64,000 nucleotides of DNA from an uncultured Pseudomonadota bacterium (GCA_963847705.1 CAWKBC010000027.1:448001-512000), one strand, 5' to 3'. Shown: positions 18,641 to 29,295, numbered from the stretch's first letter. Numbers and translations are program-made. Notes: generated from the letters alone by a model not told the origin.

Positions 18641-20876
18641 TCAGATCTGGAGACCCAGCAGAAAGCCGGGGTAGAGCCGCACGGTCGTCGCGCCGTCGTG
18701 GTAGCTGCTCCCCCAGCCAGCGCCGAGGCCGTCGAAGTCGCGGCCATCGGTTCCCACCATCACGTTGACCCCGGCACCGATGAGGACCGAGACCTGCGGC
18801 AACACCGCCAGCGCCAGCGTGGCCCGCAGGGTGTCGAGCATGACGCCGCCGCCGGTCGACAGGTCAGGCACGAGGTTGCTGGTGACCGCCTCGATGTCGA
18901 GGTGATGCAGCGGTCCGTACCCGATCGGTTGCCGCCAGCCGAGGCCGCCGCCATAGCCCCAGCGCTGGCTGCCCCGCGCGAGCTGGATCGGCCCCGCGGC
19001 GATCGCGTCGCCCGGCTGGAACGAGAACGAGAACGTGGTGTAGAGGTGCCGGCCGCCCAGCTGGAGCGCGACGTTCGAGAAGAGGGCGTCGGTCCCGTAG
19101 ACCGACAGGCCATGAATTCCGTTGCCGATCAGGTTCAAGATGGCGAACGACTCGCCGTCGTCGTGGGCGGCGACGTTGATGACGCCGAACTGGAAGCCGT
19201 GCGCCTCGTGCGCCACGTTCACGACGCCCAGGCGAAAACCGTCGGCGGCGCTGGCCACGTTGACGACGCCGATCTGCGCTCCGTGAAACGTGCGCGCCAC
19301 GTTGGCGCCACCCGTGAGCTGCAGCCCCGACCCCTCGTCGGCCAGGTTGAGCCCGCCGGCCGTCTGCAGGCCGTGAAATCGTCCCGTCGTGACGTTCACC
19401 CCCCCGGCGGTCTGCCAGCCGTGGAAATCACCGTCGACGACGTTGGCGCCGGCCGCGACCTGCACGCCATGGCCGTCGCGGCCGGCGACGTTGGCGCCGG
19501 CCGCGATCTGCGCCCCCGAGGTGAGGCTTCCGGCGACGTTCACCCCGGCCGTGGTCTGGAGGCCGCGAAAGGCGCCGTCGATCTGGTTGTAGCCGAGCGA
19601 GAGCTGCGTGCCGCGCAGGCTGGCGGCGCGATCGGCGATGAACCCATAGGAGAATCCGACCACGTCGGTCCGGCCGTCGATGGAGCTGGGGATGAACCCC
19701 ATCTTGAAGCTGGTGGTCTCGTGGGGTTGTTCCGACGCCGTGACCTGGACGGTGGGCGCGCCGGAGGCCGTCGCGGTCGGGGCGTCGTTGTCGCCCCGCG
19801 CGACCGCCACCTCGAGCGGCGCCCCGGGATGAAACGCCGCGCCGGCCAGCGCGAGGTGTTCGCCCGCCGCCAGCGTCAGCTGCGCCTCCTTCACCGCGCC
19901 GCCGCTCTCGACGGCCACGACGTACGAGCCGGCCTCGAGACCGAGCTCCACGCTGCTGCCGGCCGGTTTGCGCAGCTCCGCGATGAGCGCGCCGCCCGCC
20001 TCGCGCACGCTGATGCGACCGCTGAGCTCGGGCGCCAGCACCAGACCGGCTTGCGTGGTGCGCACGTCGGTCACCACCATGTCGCCGGTCCCCGTCAGAT
20101 CGAATTCGTAGGCGGCGTGCTGGGGGCCGCCCTGCGTGCGCTCGGTGCGGGCCAGCGTCTCTTGCGCGGCGAACTGAAACGCCTCTTGCAAGGTGACCCG
20201 CCGGTCGCGGTTGGAATCGGCGGCGCCGCGCAGGCCGGAGACGAGGTAGTAGGTGAAGAACGAGGCCGCGATCCGGTCGGATTCCTGGGCCACCTCGTTG
20301 GCCGCGCTGGAGGTGAGGAACGCGTGCCCATGCGTGTCGATCGAGGCGTCGAGCAGGAAGGGCGCCCGGCGGGCGCCCCCCTTGTGGCGGGTGAAGGCGC
20401 CGGATTCGCAGGAGTCCAGGATGGCCAGGCTCAGGTCGGCGGGGGCCTCGTGAATGAAGGCGCGCAGCTCCTGGTAGGAGATTCGTTCGTCCCCGAGCAA
20501 GAGGCCCTCCTCGTCGGAGTGACCCGAATAGTAGAAGACGAGCTCGCGGCGGACGCCGCGGCTCTGCTCGGCGCGCAGCATGCGCTCGACCGCCGCGAAG
20601 CCGTCCTGTAGCGCGCGGCGGCTCCCGTCGGCGACGAAGATCGAGATCGCCGGGCGCCACGCCGCCCAGGCTCTCCAGCACGCGCGCCATCGCGTGCGCG
20701 TCGCTGGCTGCATAGCGCAGGCGCGCGCGGGCCGGGCCGCCGTCGTTGACGCCGACGAGCAGCGCGAAGCGGCGCAGGCGGACCGAGCCCGTCGGTTCGC
20801 CCGCCCGCGCCCGGGGCGCCGCCGCCAGCAGCGACAGGCCGAAAGCCAGCAGCGCCATCGAGGCACGGATCTTCAT
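18641..20876 (-). CDS. Exported caspase-like (peptidase C14) protein with G.Q.AG..N.A surface repeats and beta-rich C-terminus (frameshift near 20643)
   Basis: Signal peptide MKIRAS...ARA and RFALLVGVNDGG...LRYA.SDA in one frame; YYSGHSD and ILDSCES catalytic dyad, S.FT..L..GLRGAAD in the next; ATGA overlap with the upstream gene. Confidence 0.85.
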
Positions 20877-21679
20877 CGGGTCTTCTCCAGGGCCAGGGAA
20901 ACCTGGCTGAAATGCGGGGGGAGCGGCAGCGGCGCGCGGCGCGCGGCCCGCGTCGACAGCGCGCGCGCCGCCTCGAGAACCGGCGCGACGTCGAAGGAGG
21001 CGTCGGCGCGCACCAGGAAGAAGCGTTCGAAGGCCGGGGCGCTGTCGAGCTCGTAGGCCGAAGGGAGCCGCACCTCGCCGCCGACGCGCAAGGGGACCGC
21101 GCGGGTGCGGCCCGGCTCGGGCCAGTGCTGGGTGACGGTTCCGGCGCCGTCGATCGAGAGCAGCACGCCGAACCCCTCCGCGGTGGTCGCGTAGGCGAGC
21201 TGCAGCAGATCTCCCGGGGCAGCCCGCTCCCCGTCGGCCAGCCGCTCGTCGCCCGCGCTCGCGTGCCGGTAGACGTAGAGGCGCGCGCCGGCGGTCGGGA
21301 CTGTCCCCTTGATCGTCGTCGGCTCGGAGACCGGCAGGGGCGCGGCCGGCGGCGCCGTCAGCGGATGGCGCGCCGCCAGGACGACGGCCAGCGCGCCGGC
21401 CGTGGCCAAGGTCGCGCCTGCGAAGCTCGCCCGGACCATGCCCGACCTCCGGCGCGCGGGCGGTGCCGCGCGCCGCCGCACCTCGGCCGCGACCGACGCC
21501 GGGGGGTGCGCCGCCAGCGTCTCCCGATCGGCCAGCAGCAGCGCCGCGATCACGTCGTCGGGCGAGCGCCCCTCGGCCTCGAGCCGCGCCCGCACCGCGG
21601 CGGCTTCCTGGCCCTCGAGCTCGCCCTGGGCCAGCCGCTCGAGCAACCAAACAGGCGTCCTGGGCTCACGCGCGGTCAT
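20873..21679 (-). CDS. Putative anti-sigma factor, single TM, DUF4384-like periplasmic domain
   Basis: LERLAQGEL N-terminal helix, TM helix, IKG, PGDLLQLAY...LLSIDG.G.VT.H.P, LP.AYELD.AP.FERFF; overlaps the ECF gene. Confidence 0.75.
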   Translation of the reverse strand: MTAREPRTPVWLLERLAQGELEGQEAAAVRARLEAEGRSPDDVIAALLLADRETLAAHPPASVAAEVRRRAAPPARRRSGMVRASFAGATLATAGALAVVLAARHPLTAPPAAPLPVSEPTTIKGTVPTAGARLYVYRHASAGDERLADGERAAPGDLLQLAYATTAEGFGVLLSIDGAGTVTQHWPEPGRTRAVPLRVGGEVRLPSAYELDSAPAFERFFLVRADASFDVAPVLEAARALSTRAARRAPLPLPPHFSQVSLALEKTR

Positions 21680-22172
21680 CGCTCACTCCTTCCAGAGCGG
21701 CCAGCCGCTCCCGCAGTCGTCGCAGGCGCTTGCGCACGCCCGACACCGACAGCCGCGCCTCGCGCGCCGTCTCCTCGAGCGTGAGCCCATCGCAAAGGTG
21801 CATGACCGCCAGGGTGGCGGTCGACGCTGCCAGCGGATCGTCGGCGCCGAACAGCCTTCCCAGCAGGTTGCGCGCGGAGGCCCGCGTCTCGTCGGTCTCC
21901 GCCGTGGTGGCGATCCGGCCGAGCAGGTCGTCGCTGGCCTCCTCGGGATGCCGTCGTATGGCGCGCAACCGGTTCAGGCAGACGTTGGTGGCGACGCGCA
22001 GCAGCAGCCCGGCGGGCGCCTCCTCGCGCAGCCGATCCTCCGCGCGCAAGACGGCAACGAAGACGTCGTGCATGGCGTCCTCGGCCTGCGCGTCGTCGCG
22101 CAGCAGCCTCCGGCAGCGACGCAGGACCATCGGTCCGAAACGCCGGTAATGCTCTTCGATGTCGAGCGCCAA
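21666..22172 (-). CDS. ECF RNA polymerase sigma factor (cassette 1)
   Basis: Region 2 (AEDAMHDVF, ATNVCLNRLR) and region 4 HTH (DGLTLEETA....SVSGVRKRL); SD GGAGG before TTG. Confidence 0.9.
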   Translation of the reverse strand: MALDIEEHYRRFGPMVLRRCRRLLRDDAQAEDAMHDVFVAVLRAEDRLREEAPAGLLLRVATNVCLNRLRAIRRHPEEASDDLLGRIATTAETDETRASARNLLGRLFGADDPLAASTATLAVMHLCDGLTLEETAREARLSVSGVRKRLRRLRERLAALEGVSDDRA

Positions 22173-22197
22173 GGTCGGATGCCTCCCTCATGCACCC

Positions 22198-22226
22198 GAG
22201 AACACCGGGCGCTGGCGGAAGTGTCA
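22198..22226 (-). promoter_or_regulatory. Candidate autoregulatory ECF promoter TGACAC-N17-GTTCTC
   Basis: Bipartite ECF-like geometry immediately upstream of the sigma SD; only one copy seen. Confidence 0.35.
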
Positions 22227-22284
22227 CCGCTTGGCCCAAGAAAATCAGCCTGAACCGCCGCTCGGCGGCGGGCCGATGGGGGGG

Positions 22285-24270
22285 TTACCCCGGGCCGGTG
22301 AGGAAGTACTTCGCCCACTGGGCGATGTGGTTCGAGGTCGTGATGTCCTGGAACGGGAGGCAGAAGGCCGTGTAGCTCGGATCGCCCCCGCCGACGCTGG
22401 GGATGATCCCGACCATCCAGACCAGCGTTCCGATCTTGGTCTCGTCGCTGCTGGCCGACGAGGCGGGCGGCGCGCGCAGGCCGTATTGCCGCGTCGAGGA
22501 GAAGGTCAACCAGACCAGCTGCTGCTGCTCGGTGAGCTGTTCGACGAAGGGGGACCACTTGGGGAACGAGTTGGTGAGCGCGGTCGCCCCCATGTCGGCG
22601 ACGCCGGGGCTGTTGGCGTTGCTGAGCGGGATCGGCGCGCTGCCGCCGCTGGAGATCGAGGTCAGGAACATGGTCGCTGTCGCGTCGGTGTCGGCGTCGC
22701 ACGACTTGTCCGGCGCCAGGCCCGCCGCCGCCGGGACGGTGGTGCAGGTCGATTCGTCGTAGACCACCAGATCCCCGTCGGGCGCCAGCGCCGGGTAGTA
22801 GCGGTTCTTCCCCAGCACCGAGGGGACCAGCGTCTGCGGCGCCCCCCAGGCGGTGCCGTCGTACTGCACGTAGTCGATGCCGCCGGTGGCGGGGCGCTGA
22901 TCGCTGGTGGCGGCGGTGGGGTCGGCCGAGGTGAACACGATCGTGTTCGGCGCGTCGGTGCTCTTCGACCAATCGGGGTGATCACCGCGCAGGCCTCCGA
23001 GCGCGATCGTCGAGGTGACCATGCCGGTCATCCCGTCGAAGAGCGTCAGGTCGACCGGACCGGCCTTGGCGTACCGTGTGGTGCTCGGGTTGTCGCCGTA
23101 CACGCCGACGAACTGGCTCCCGTCGCTGTTCCAGGACTCGAACTGGCTGCGCTGGGTGAGCGGGTAGGGCTGCAGCGCCTTGTTGTTGGCGATGTCCCAC
23201 AGGAGGAGGCGCCCGTCGCCCTGGCCGTTGGCGCTGACCACCATCTTGCTGCCGTCGGGCGCCAGCGCGTGGCAGCCGATGCACGAGGTGACGCCGGTGT
23301 TGGCCGGGGTCAGGTAGGCCTGCGCCGACTGCGTGCTGCCGGAGAAGTCCCAGCGCATGATCGCGCTCGAGCCGCTGGTGGTCCAGTAGTAGAGCGCGCC
23401 GTCGATGTTGTCCTTGGAGAACTGCAGGTGGAAGGGGGTGCTGTCGCCGACGGAAGAGCCGGCGTCGTCGGTCCCCCGCACGACGAGCGAGACCGCACCC
23501 TGCCCGGCGTTGGCGGAGGAGATCGCCGTCCAGAGCCCGGGGTCGGGCTGGTAGAGGCAGCCGGTTCCCAGCGCCACACAGCGCACGAACGCGTTGACGG
23601 TGGCGTACTGGCCCGAGAGGCTCACCTCGAACAGCGTGTTGTTGGCGCCCGGGTTGAAGTGGATCTCGATGCCCGTGATGTTGGGCGGGAACAGCACGCC
23701 GTCATTCGGGTAGACGAGCGAGGGCGAGCGCGTGGTGTCGTTGTCGGTGGTGCTGAAAATCGACGACGGATCGTTGGTGATGCTGCCGGTCATCCCCGGG
23801 TCGGTTCCGGTGAAGGTGTAATAGACGGTCAGCGTCGCGGACGTGCTCACGGCGCCCGAGCTGGCGGTCACCGTCACCACGCCGCCTCTGGTCCCCGTGC
23901 TGGTCGCCAGGCCGTTCTTGTCGATCGTGACGACGCCGGTCGGTGAGACCTCGTAGAGGACCTCGGTCGTCAAATCCACCGTCTGGCCGTTGACCTGACC
24001 GGAGACGGAGTATTGCTGCGTCTGGGCCGGGGCGCTGTTGGTGACCGTCATCGTGGCGGTGGTGGGCGTGATGGTCAGCGAGGACGCTCCCGTCCTCGGC
24101 GACCCGCCGGTCCCGCCTCCGGTCCCGAGGCCGCCGTCGAGCGAGGTCGTGCCTCCGGTGCCCGTGGTCGGCTGGGCAGGCGACGGTTTGAACCCGCAGC
24201 CAACCGCGGCCGAGGCCGCGATCGCCACGAGCGCCACACGAAGAACGTTGCGGAGGAGGTCGTTGCGCAT
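22285..24270 (-). CDS. Lipoprotein: Ig-like domain + TolB/PD40-like beta-propeller with a CIGCH motif
   Basis: Lipobox AAVGC; YP.DG.LFP.N, GALYYW, CIGCH..APDG, YYPALAPDG, NSFPKWSP, WLTFSS.R.YG, TTSNH; paralog of 46781-48475. Confidence 0.75.
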   Translation of the reverse strand: MRNDLLRNVLRVALVAIAASAAVGCGFKPSPAQPTTGTGGTTSLDGGLGTGGGTGGSPRTGASSLTITPTTATMTVTNSAPAQTQQYSVSGQVNGQTVDLTTEVLYEVSPTGVVTIDKNGLATSTGTRGGVVTVTASSGAVSTSATLTVYYTFTGTDPGMTGSITNDPSSIFSTTDNDTTRSPSLVYPNDGVLFPPNITGIEIHFNPGANNTLFEVSLSGQYATVNAFVRCVALGTGCLYQPDPGLWTAISSANAGQGAVSLVVRGTDDAGSSVGDSTPFHLQFSKDNIDGALYYWTTSGSSAIMRWDFSGSTQSAQAYLTPANTGVTSCIGCHALAPDGSKMVVSANGQGDGRLLLWDIANNKALQPYPLTQRSQFESWNSDGSQFVGVYGDNPSTTRYAKAGPVDLTLFDGMTGMVTSTIALGGLRGDHPDWSKSTDAPNTIVFTSADPTAATSDQRPATGGIDYVQYDGTAWGAPQTLVPSVLGKNRYYPALAPDGDLVVYDESTCTTVPAAAGLAPDKSCDADTDATATMFLTSISSGGSAPIPLSNANSPGVADMGATALTNSFPKWSPFVEQLTEQQQLVWLTFSSTRQYGLRAPPASSASSDETKIGTLVWMVGIIPSVGGGDPSYTAFCLPFQDITTSNHIAQWAKYFLTGPG

Positions 24271-24331
24271 CGGGGGGCCTCGCATTTCTAGGCTTACGGG
24301 AGATCTTATTCCCGGTGGCGCCCCCGGTGGA

Positions 24332-25543
24332 TCAGTTTCGCGCGGGGCGCGCGTCCGATCGGGGGGGGCGTCCCGCGAACGGATGGTTTTCTACCACCTG
24401 GACGGGGGTTCGCGTAAGGCGCTCGATGGCCCGCAGGGAGCCGCGCTCCTCCGCGTCACAGAAGGAGAGGGCGATCCCGGAGGCGCCGGCCCGCGCCGTC
24501 CGGCCGATCCGGTGCACGTAGCTCTCTGGCTCGTTCGGCAGCTCGAAGTTGATGACGTGCGTGATCCCGTCGATGTCGACGCCGCGGGCGGCGATGTCGG
24601 TGGCGACCAGCACCCGCACCTGCCCCTGCTTGAAAGCCCCCAGCGCCCGTTGACGCGCCGCCTGGGACTTGTTTCCATGAATCGCGGCGGCGGTGACGCC
24701 CGAACGGTCGAGCTGCTCGGCGACCCGGTTGGCCCCGTGCTTGGTCCGGGTGAAGACCAGGACGCGTTTCATCGCCGGGTCGCGCAAGACCTCGGAGAGC
24801 AGCGCGCGCTTCTGGCTGCGGTCGACGTGCATGACCCACTGCGTGATGCCGTCAGCGGTGCTGGCCACCGGCGCCACCGAGAGCTGCACCGGGTCGACCA
24901 GGATCGAATTCGCCAGCTTCAGGATCTCGGTCGGCATGGTCGCCGAGAACATCAGGGTCTGACGCTTGCGCGGCAGCACCGCGATGATGCGCCGGATCGG
25001 ATCGATGAAGCCCATGTCCAGCATCCGGTCGGCCTCGTCGAGCACCAGCGTCTCGAGCGCGTCGAAGCGGGCGTGTCCCTGGCCCATGAGATCGATGAGT
25101 CGCCCGGGGGTGGCCACGATGACGTCGGTGTTGCGGCGGAACGCCTCGACCTGCGGGCCCTGGCCGACGCCACCGAAGACGACGGCGGTGCTGATCGACA
25201 GGTGGCGGCCGTAGGTCTGGAAGCTCTCGGCGATCTGGAGCGCCAGCTCGCGGGTGGGGGCGAGGATCAGCGCGCGCGGGCCGCGCCGCTCGGCGGCGCG
25301 CTTGGTGCGGGCCAGCCGGTCGAGGATCGGCAGCGCGAACGCGGCGGTCTTGCCGGTGCCGGTCTGCGCGCAGCCGAGCGCGTCACGCCCGGCCAGGAGG
25401 TGCGGGATGGCCTTCGACTGGATGGGGGTGGGCGTTTGGTAGCCGGCGCCGAGGATGGCGCGGCGCAGGGGATCGATGAGCCCGAGGGAATCGAATGATG
25501 CGACGACGGGAGCGGAAACGGGATCGGTCAACGTAGCGGTCAT
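24332..25543 (-). CDS. rhlE: DEAD-box RNA helicase, RhlE-like
   Basis: Q motif, [49 protein letters not shown]. Confidence 0.93.
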   Translation of the reverse strand: MTATLTDPVSAPVVASFDSLGLIDPLRRAILGAGYQTPTPIQSKAIPHLLAGRDALGCAQTGTGKTAAFALPILDRLARTKRAAERRGPRALILAPTRELALQIAESFQTYGRHLSISTAVVFGGVGQGPQVEAFRRNTDVIVATPGRLIDLMGQGHARFDALETLVLDEADRMLDMGFIDPIRRIIAVLPRKRQTLMFSATMPTEILKLANSILVDPVQLSVAPVASTADGITQWVMHVDRSQKRALLSEVLRDPAMKRVLVFTRTKHGANRVAEQLDRSGVTAAAIHGNKSQAARQRALGAFKQGQVRVLVATDIAARGVDIDGITHVINFELPNEPESYVHRIGRTARAGASGIALSFCDAEERGSLRAIERLTRTPVQVVENHPFAGRPPRSDARPARN

Positions 25544-25780
25544 AGAGATGTGGCGTTTTCTTCGAAGCAGCCGCCGCCGGATATGCGCCTCCGTCGAGAT
25601 CGACGGGACCAAGCGGGGTCTTCGGTTTTGAGTGCGTGCTGTCCGTGCGAACCCGTTCAGACAGCGACGCCGCCTACCGGTCCCTGGCGCGCTCCGCAGA
25701 GATTCGCGGAGGCAGGACAAAACTTATTGTTGAGGAAGGTGACCGACGGGACCATAAAAGTCAAGCAATGCGGCCGAGCC

Positions 25781-26437
25781 GTGGCTGAGCGCAAAGACGA
25801 TCCGCGCCTGTTGGCGACCCTGGCGCTGCTGACGTTCGCCACCGGGCTCATCGACGCGGCCAGCGTGCTCGGGCTGCGGCACGTGTTCACCGCGAACATG
25901 ACGGGCAACGTCGTGTTTCTGGGGTTCGCGCTGGTCCACGCGGGGAGCGCGACCGCGGCCGACTGCCTGCTGGCGCTGGCCGCCTTTCTGGTCGGTGCGA
26001 CGTTGGGCGGGCGGCTGGCGGCGAAGGGCCTCTCGTTCACCGCCGCGCTGGTGGTCGAGGTGGCGATCCTGGCCGTGGCGGCGGCGCTGGGATGGGCGCC
26101 CGCCGGCGTTCCACGGCCCGCGCTGGTGGAGATCGCGCTGCTGGCCCTGGCCATGGGGCTTCACAACGCCTCGGTGCGCAAGCTCGCCGTCCCCGACATG
26201 ACCACGACTGTGCTCACGCTCACCATCACCGGCCTGGCTGCCGACTCGTCGCTGGCCGGGGGCCAAAACCCGCGCCTGCCGCGCCGCCTCCTGGGCGTCG
26301 CGCTCATGTTGCTCGGCGCGCTCACCGGGGCGCTGCTGCTTCGGTGCGGGCTGAGGTGGCCGATCACGGCGGCAACCGTGGTCGTCGCAGGCGCGTGTGC
26401 GGTGTCGGCGACACAGGGAGTCACTCGGAAAAACTGA
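25781..26437 (+). CDS. YoaK/DUF1275 family membrane protein
   Basis: G.IDA.S.LGL..VFTANMTGNVVFLG, AMGL.NA..R.L...DMTTTVLT.T.T.L. Confidence 0.85.
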   Translation: MAERKDDPRLLATLALLTFATGLIDAASVLGLRHVFTANMTGNVVFLGFALVHAGSATAADCLLALAAFLVGATLGGRLAAKGLSFTAALVVEVAILAVAAALGWAPAGVPRPALVEIALLALAMGLHNASVRKLAVPDMTTTVLTLTITGLAADSSLAGGQNPRLPRRLLGVALMLLGALTGALLLRCGLRWPITAATVVVAGACAVSATQGVTRKN

Positions 26438-26466
26438 CGGTGGCGCTCGCGCCTGTCGTAAATTGA

Positions 26467-26491
26467 TTGGACCGTTGGAACCGTTGGACCG
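26467..26491. repeat. Three short direct repeats TTGGA(A)CCG, possible operator
   Basis: TTGGACCG-TTGGAACCG-TTGGACCG in the intergenic region upstream of the deacetylase gene. Confidence 0.55.
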
Positions 26492-26593
26492 CTTGCGGAG
26501 CGGGCAGCGGCTCAGTTCCCAGGCGCCACAAATGAGAGCGGGGCGCCACTGATGCAAAGACCTGGGCGCTGGTGGGGTGCATCGTGGCGGCAT

Positions 26594-27733
26594 ATGGGAT
26601 TTCGCTTATCGGCCGGTGAGATCGCCTGCGTCGTCTGCTGTCTCGTCGGCGGACCGGGCTGCGGGAGCTCCGGGAGCGCCGCCGGGACCGGAGGCAGCGG
26701 CGGCTCGGTCACCGGAACAGGCGGCGGCAGCGGGGGCGCCCCGTCGGACGGCGGCATCACCCGGGCGCCCTCCGGTCTGCCCGAGCCGGCGACGACCGGC
26801 GTCGCCAAACCGTCCGGCACGGCCGGCAACCTGACGGTCGTCAACTGGGCCGGCTTCAAGGCCGCCGTCTCCTGGACGTTCGACGACTCGCAGCCGTCGC
26901 AGATCGCGCACTACGCCGAGCTGCAGGCGGTCGGCATCCCGATGACCTTCTACATCAGCACCGGCAACAGCACCGAGTCCGGCTACGACGCCACCTGGAC
27001 CCAGGCGGTCGCCGACGGCAACGAGATCGGCAACCACACCGTCCATCACTGCCACGCCGATCTCAGCGGCTGCAGCTTCGGCACCGCCGACGCCACGCTG
27101 ACGCAGGAGATCGACGACTGCACCAGCTACATCGCGGCCCACTACGCACCGCAGACGACGGCCTGGACGGCGGCCTCGCCGTTCGGCGACACCGGCTACG
27201 ACAGCGACGACATGTCGCGCTTCCTGGTGAACCGCGGCGTCGCCGGCGGGACGATCGGCGCCAATGACACCACCGATCCGTTCAATCTTCCCATCTACCT
27301 GGCGCAGATGGCCGACACGGCGGTGAACTTCGCGGCGCAGATCGACGCCGCGCACATGGCGGGGAAGTGGCTGATCCTGTTGGTCCACTCGATCTTGCCC
27401 ACCAGCGACACCTGGTACAACCCGGTCGCCATCACCGACGTGACCGGCGGGATGAGAGCCGGCAAGTCGCTCCCCGACGTCTGGAACGACTCGGTCGTCG
27501 ACGTGGCCGCCTACTGGCGCGCGCAGAAGATGTTCTCCGCGCTCACGCCGACCACGGCCGGCGGCAGCAGCACCTGGACCTGGACGCTGCCGGCGAACTT
27601 CCCGCCCGGCAAGTACCTGCGCGTGACCGTCGCCGGCGGAACGCTGACCCAAGGTTCGACCACGCTGGCGTGGGACACGCACGGCTTCTACGAAGTCGCG
27701 CTCGACGCCGGAACGCTCACGCTTTCACCCTGA
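26594..27733 (+). CDS. Polysaccharide deacetylase (CE4/NodB-like) lipoprotein
   Basis: SWTFDD, GNEIGNHTVHH metal motif, PFG, L.LLVH; Gly/Ser linker after GPGC. Confidence 0.8.
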   Translation: MGFRLSAGEIACVVCCLVGGPGCGSSGSAAGTGGSGGSVTGTGGGSGGAPSDGGITRAPSGLPEPATTGVAKPSGTAGNLTVVNWAGFKAAVSWTFDDSQPSQIAHYAELQAVGIPMTFYISTGNSTESGYDATWTQAVADGNEIGNHTVHHCHADLSGCSFGTADATLTQEIDDCTSYIAAHYAPQTTAWTAASPFGDTGYDSDDMSRFLVNRGVAGGTIGANDTTDPFNLPIYLAQMADTAVNFAAQIDAAHMAGKWLILLVHSILPTSDTWYNPVAITDVTGGMRAGKSLPDVWNDSVVDVAAYWRAQKMFSALTPTTAGGSSTWTWTLPANFPPGKYLRVTVAGGTLTQGSTTLAWDTHGFYEVALDAGTLTLSP

Positions 27734-27756
27734 CGAAACAAACTGGAGGCCCCGCT

Positions 27757-29133
27757 ATGACCCGATCTCGAAATTACCTTGTTGGTCTGCTGGCGACTGC
27801 CATTGGACTGCTCACGGCTTCGCCCGCATTCGCGGGGTCGTGGCAGAACAACTTCGCCTTCGGGGCCACCCTTCAGGGGGACCTCTACACCCCCACCACG
27901 GTGGCCGCCTCGCCGGCGATCCTGGTGGTGATCCACATGTGCACCGGCCACTCGACGACCGTGCACGGGTGGTTCGACTCCTACGCCGACGCGCAAGGGT
28001 TTTACCTGATCGCGCCCGACGCGGGAAAGCAGTGCTTCGATGCGAGCGCCGCCCGCAGCGGCGACAAGGCCGCCGTCGTGACGATGGTCAATTACCTGAT
28101 CACCAACAAACACGCCGACAAGACCAGGGTCTTCGCCGCCGGAATGTCTTCGGGCGGCTGCATGACCAACACGCTCCTCGCCGTCTATCCGGACGTCTTC
28201 GCGGGCGGTTCGGCGATGCCCGGTTTTCCGGCCGGAATCTGGCCCGCGGGCGACATCACCTGCACCAAGTGCGGTTCGACGCCGCCCACGATGACCGCGG
28301 CCCAGTGGGCAGCGATGGCGACCAATGTGTTCAAGTGGAGCGGTCAGTACGGGTGCTCCCAGCAGTGGGCCGGCGGCGGCGACCAGTACAACTTCAACCT
28401 CTATCTCCCCGACGTGGCGTTGCAGTGGCAAGGTCTGGCGGGTCTGGGCGCCGGCATGTCGGAGGCCAGCTGGAGCGACCACACGGGCTGGACGCGGACC
28501 GTCTACAAGGACAGCTCCGGGAACGTGCGGATGGAAACGAACCTCGGTCCGTCGAGCCAGAAGCACGATCTGGAAACGGTTAGCCCCACGCTCTACAAGG
28601 ACGTCATCAGCTTCCTCGGCCTCGACAAGGCCACGGGCGCTTGTGGCCTGACCACCACCAGCACCACCGGCGGAGGCGGTGCCAGCGGTGGGACCACCGG
28701 CACCGGCGCAGCCGGCGCGACGGGGACTGGCGGGGTGACGGGCACCGGCGGCGTGACGGCGACCGGCGGGGTGACGGGCACTGGCGGCGTGACGGCGACC
28801 GGCGGCGTGACCGGCACTGGTGGTGTGACGGCAACCGGCGGCGTGACCGGGACCGGCGGCGTGAGGGGCACCGGTGGCGTGACGGGCGGTACGGGCGGGG
28901 TGACGAGCACCGGTGGCGAGACCGGCACCGGCGGCTCTGAGACCGGCGGCGCCAACGGCGAAGGGGGCGCGACGGGTACAGGCGGAACGGAGACCGGCGG
29001 CATGACCGGTGACTCTGGCAGCTCCGGGTGCAGCTGCGCCGTCGACGCGGGTCGCGGCCACCGCGGATCGCTCGTGGTCCTGCTCGGCATCGCCGTCGCG
29101 CTCGCAGCGCGACGGCGCCGCTCGCGCAAGTAG
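27757..29133 (+). CDS. PHB depolymerase/CE1-like esterase with Gly-Thr stalk and MYXO-CTERM tail
   Basis: SD GGAGG; signal peptide; VVIHMC, GMSSGG nucleophile elbow, YPDVFAGG; TGTGGV repeats; GCSC-TM-RRRR tail. Confidence 0.85.
   Translation: MTRSRNYLVGLLATAIGLLTASPAFAGSWQNNFAFGATLQGDLYTPTTVAASPAILVVIHMCTGHSTTVHGWFDSYADAQGFYLIAPDAGKQCFDASAARSGDKAAVVTMVNYLITNKHADKTRVFAAGMSSGGCMTNTLLAVYPDVFAGGSAMPGFPAGIWPAGDITCTKCGSTPPTMTAAQWAAMATNVFKWSGQYGCSQQWAGGGDQYNFNLYLPDVALQWQGLAGLGAGMSEASWSDHTGWTRTVYKDSSGNVRMETNLGPSSQKHDLETVSPTLYKDVISFLGLDKATGACGLTTTSTTGGGGASGGTTGTGAAGATGTGGVTGTGGVTATGGVTGTGGVTATGGVTGTGGVTATGGVTGTGGVRGTGGVTGGTGGVTSTGGETGTGGSETGGANGEGGATGTGGTETGGMTGDSGSSGCSCAVDAGRGHRGSLVVLLGIAVALAARRRRSRK
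28720..28881 (+). repeat. 18-bp coding tandem repeat (TGTGGV/TATGGV linker)
   Basis: About nine consecutive hexapeptide units, alternating G/A at position 2. Confidence 0.8.
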
Positions 29134-29185
29134 CACGCCGGACGATTGGCGACGCCCATCTCGGCGTCTGGGCCAACCTTCTCCA

Positions 29186-29216
29186 ACCGCGGCCGTCGAC
29201 TCCCGACGGCCGCGGT
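29186..29216. terminator. Perfect 13-bp hairpin downstream of the esterase gene
   Basis: ACCGCGGCCGTCG-ACTCC-CGACGGCCGCGGT; no U-tract. Confidence 0.5.
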
Positions 29217-29259
29217 CGTCCGTTCTGGCTTCAGAAAATGTGCGCCCTGTTCCTGGGGG

Positions 29260-29290
29260 TGAGCTGTTCGGAACGTGCTCCGGACACCCA
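29260..29290 (+). promoter_or_regulatory. Variant copy of shared motif B (TGAGCT-N18-ACACCCA)
   Basis: Ends 5 nt before ATG 29296; spacer is 1 nt longer than in the other four copies. Confidence 0.4.
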
Positions 29291-29295
29291 CAGAC

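Noticed and set aside
18641-20876. Caspase-gasdermin or CRISPR-linked cell-death system
   Set aside because: The protease has a signal peptide, and its neighbours are an ECF sigma and anti-sigma; no gasdermin, NLR or Cas genes are seen.
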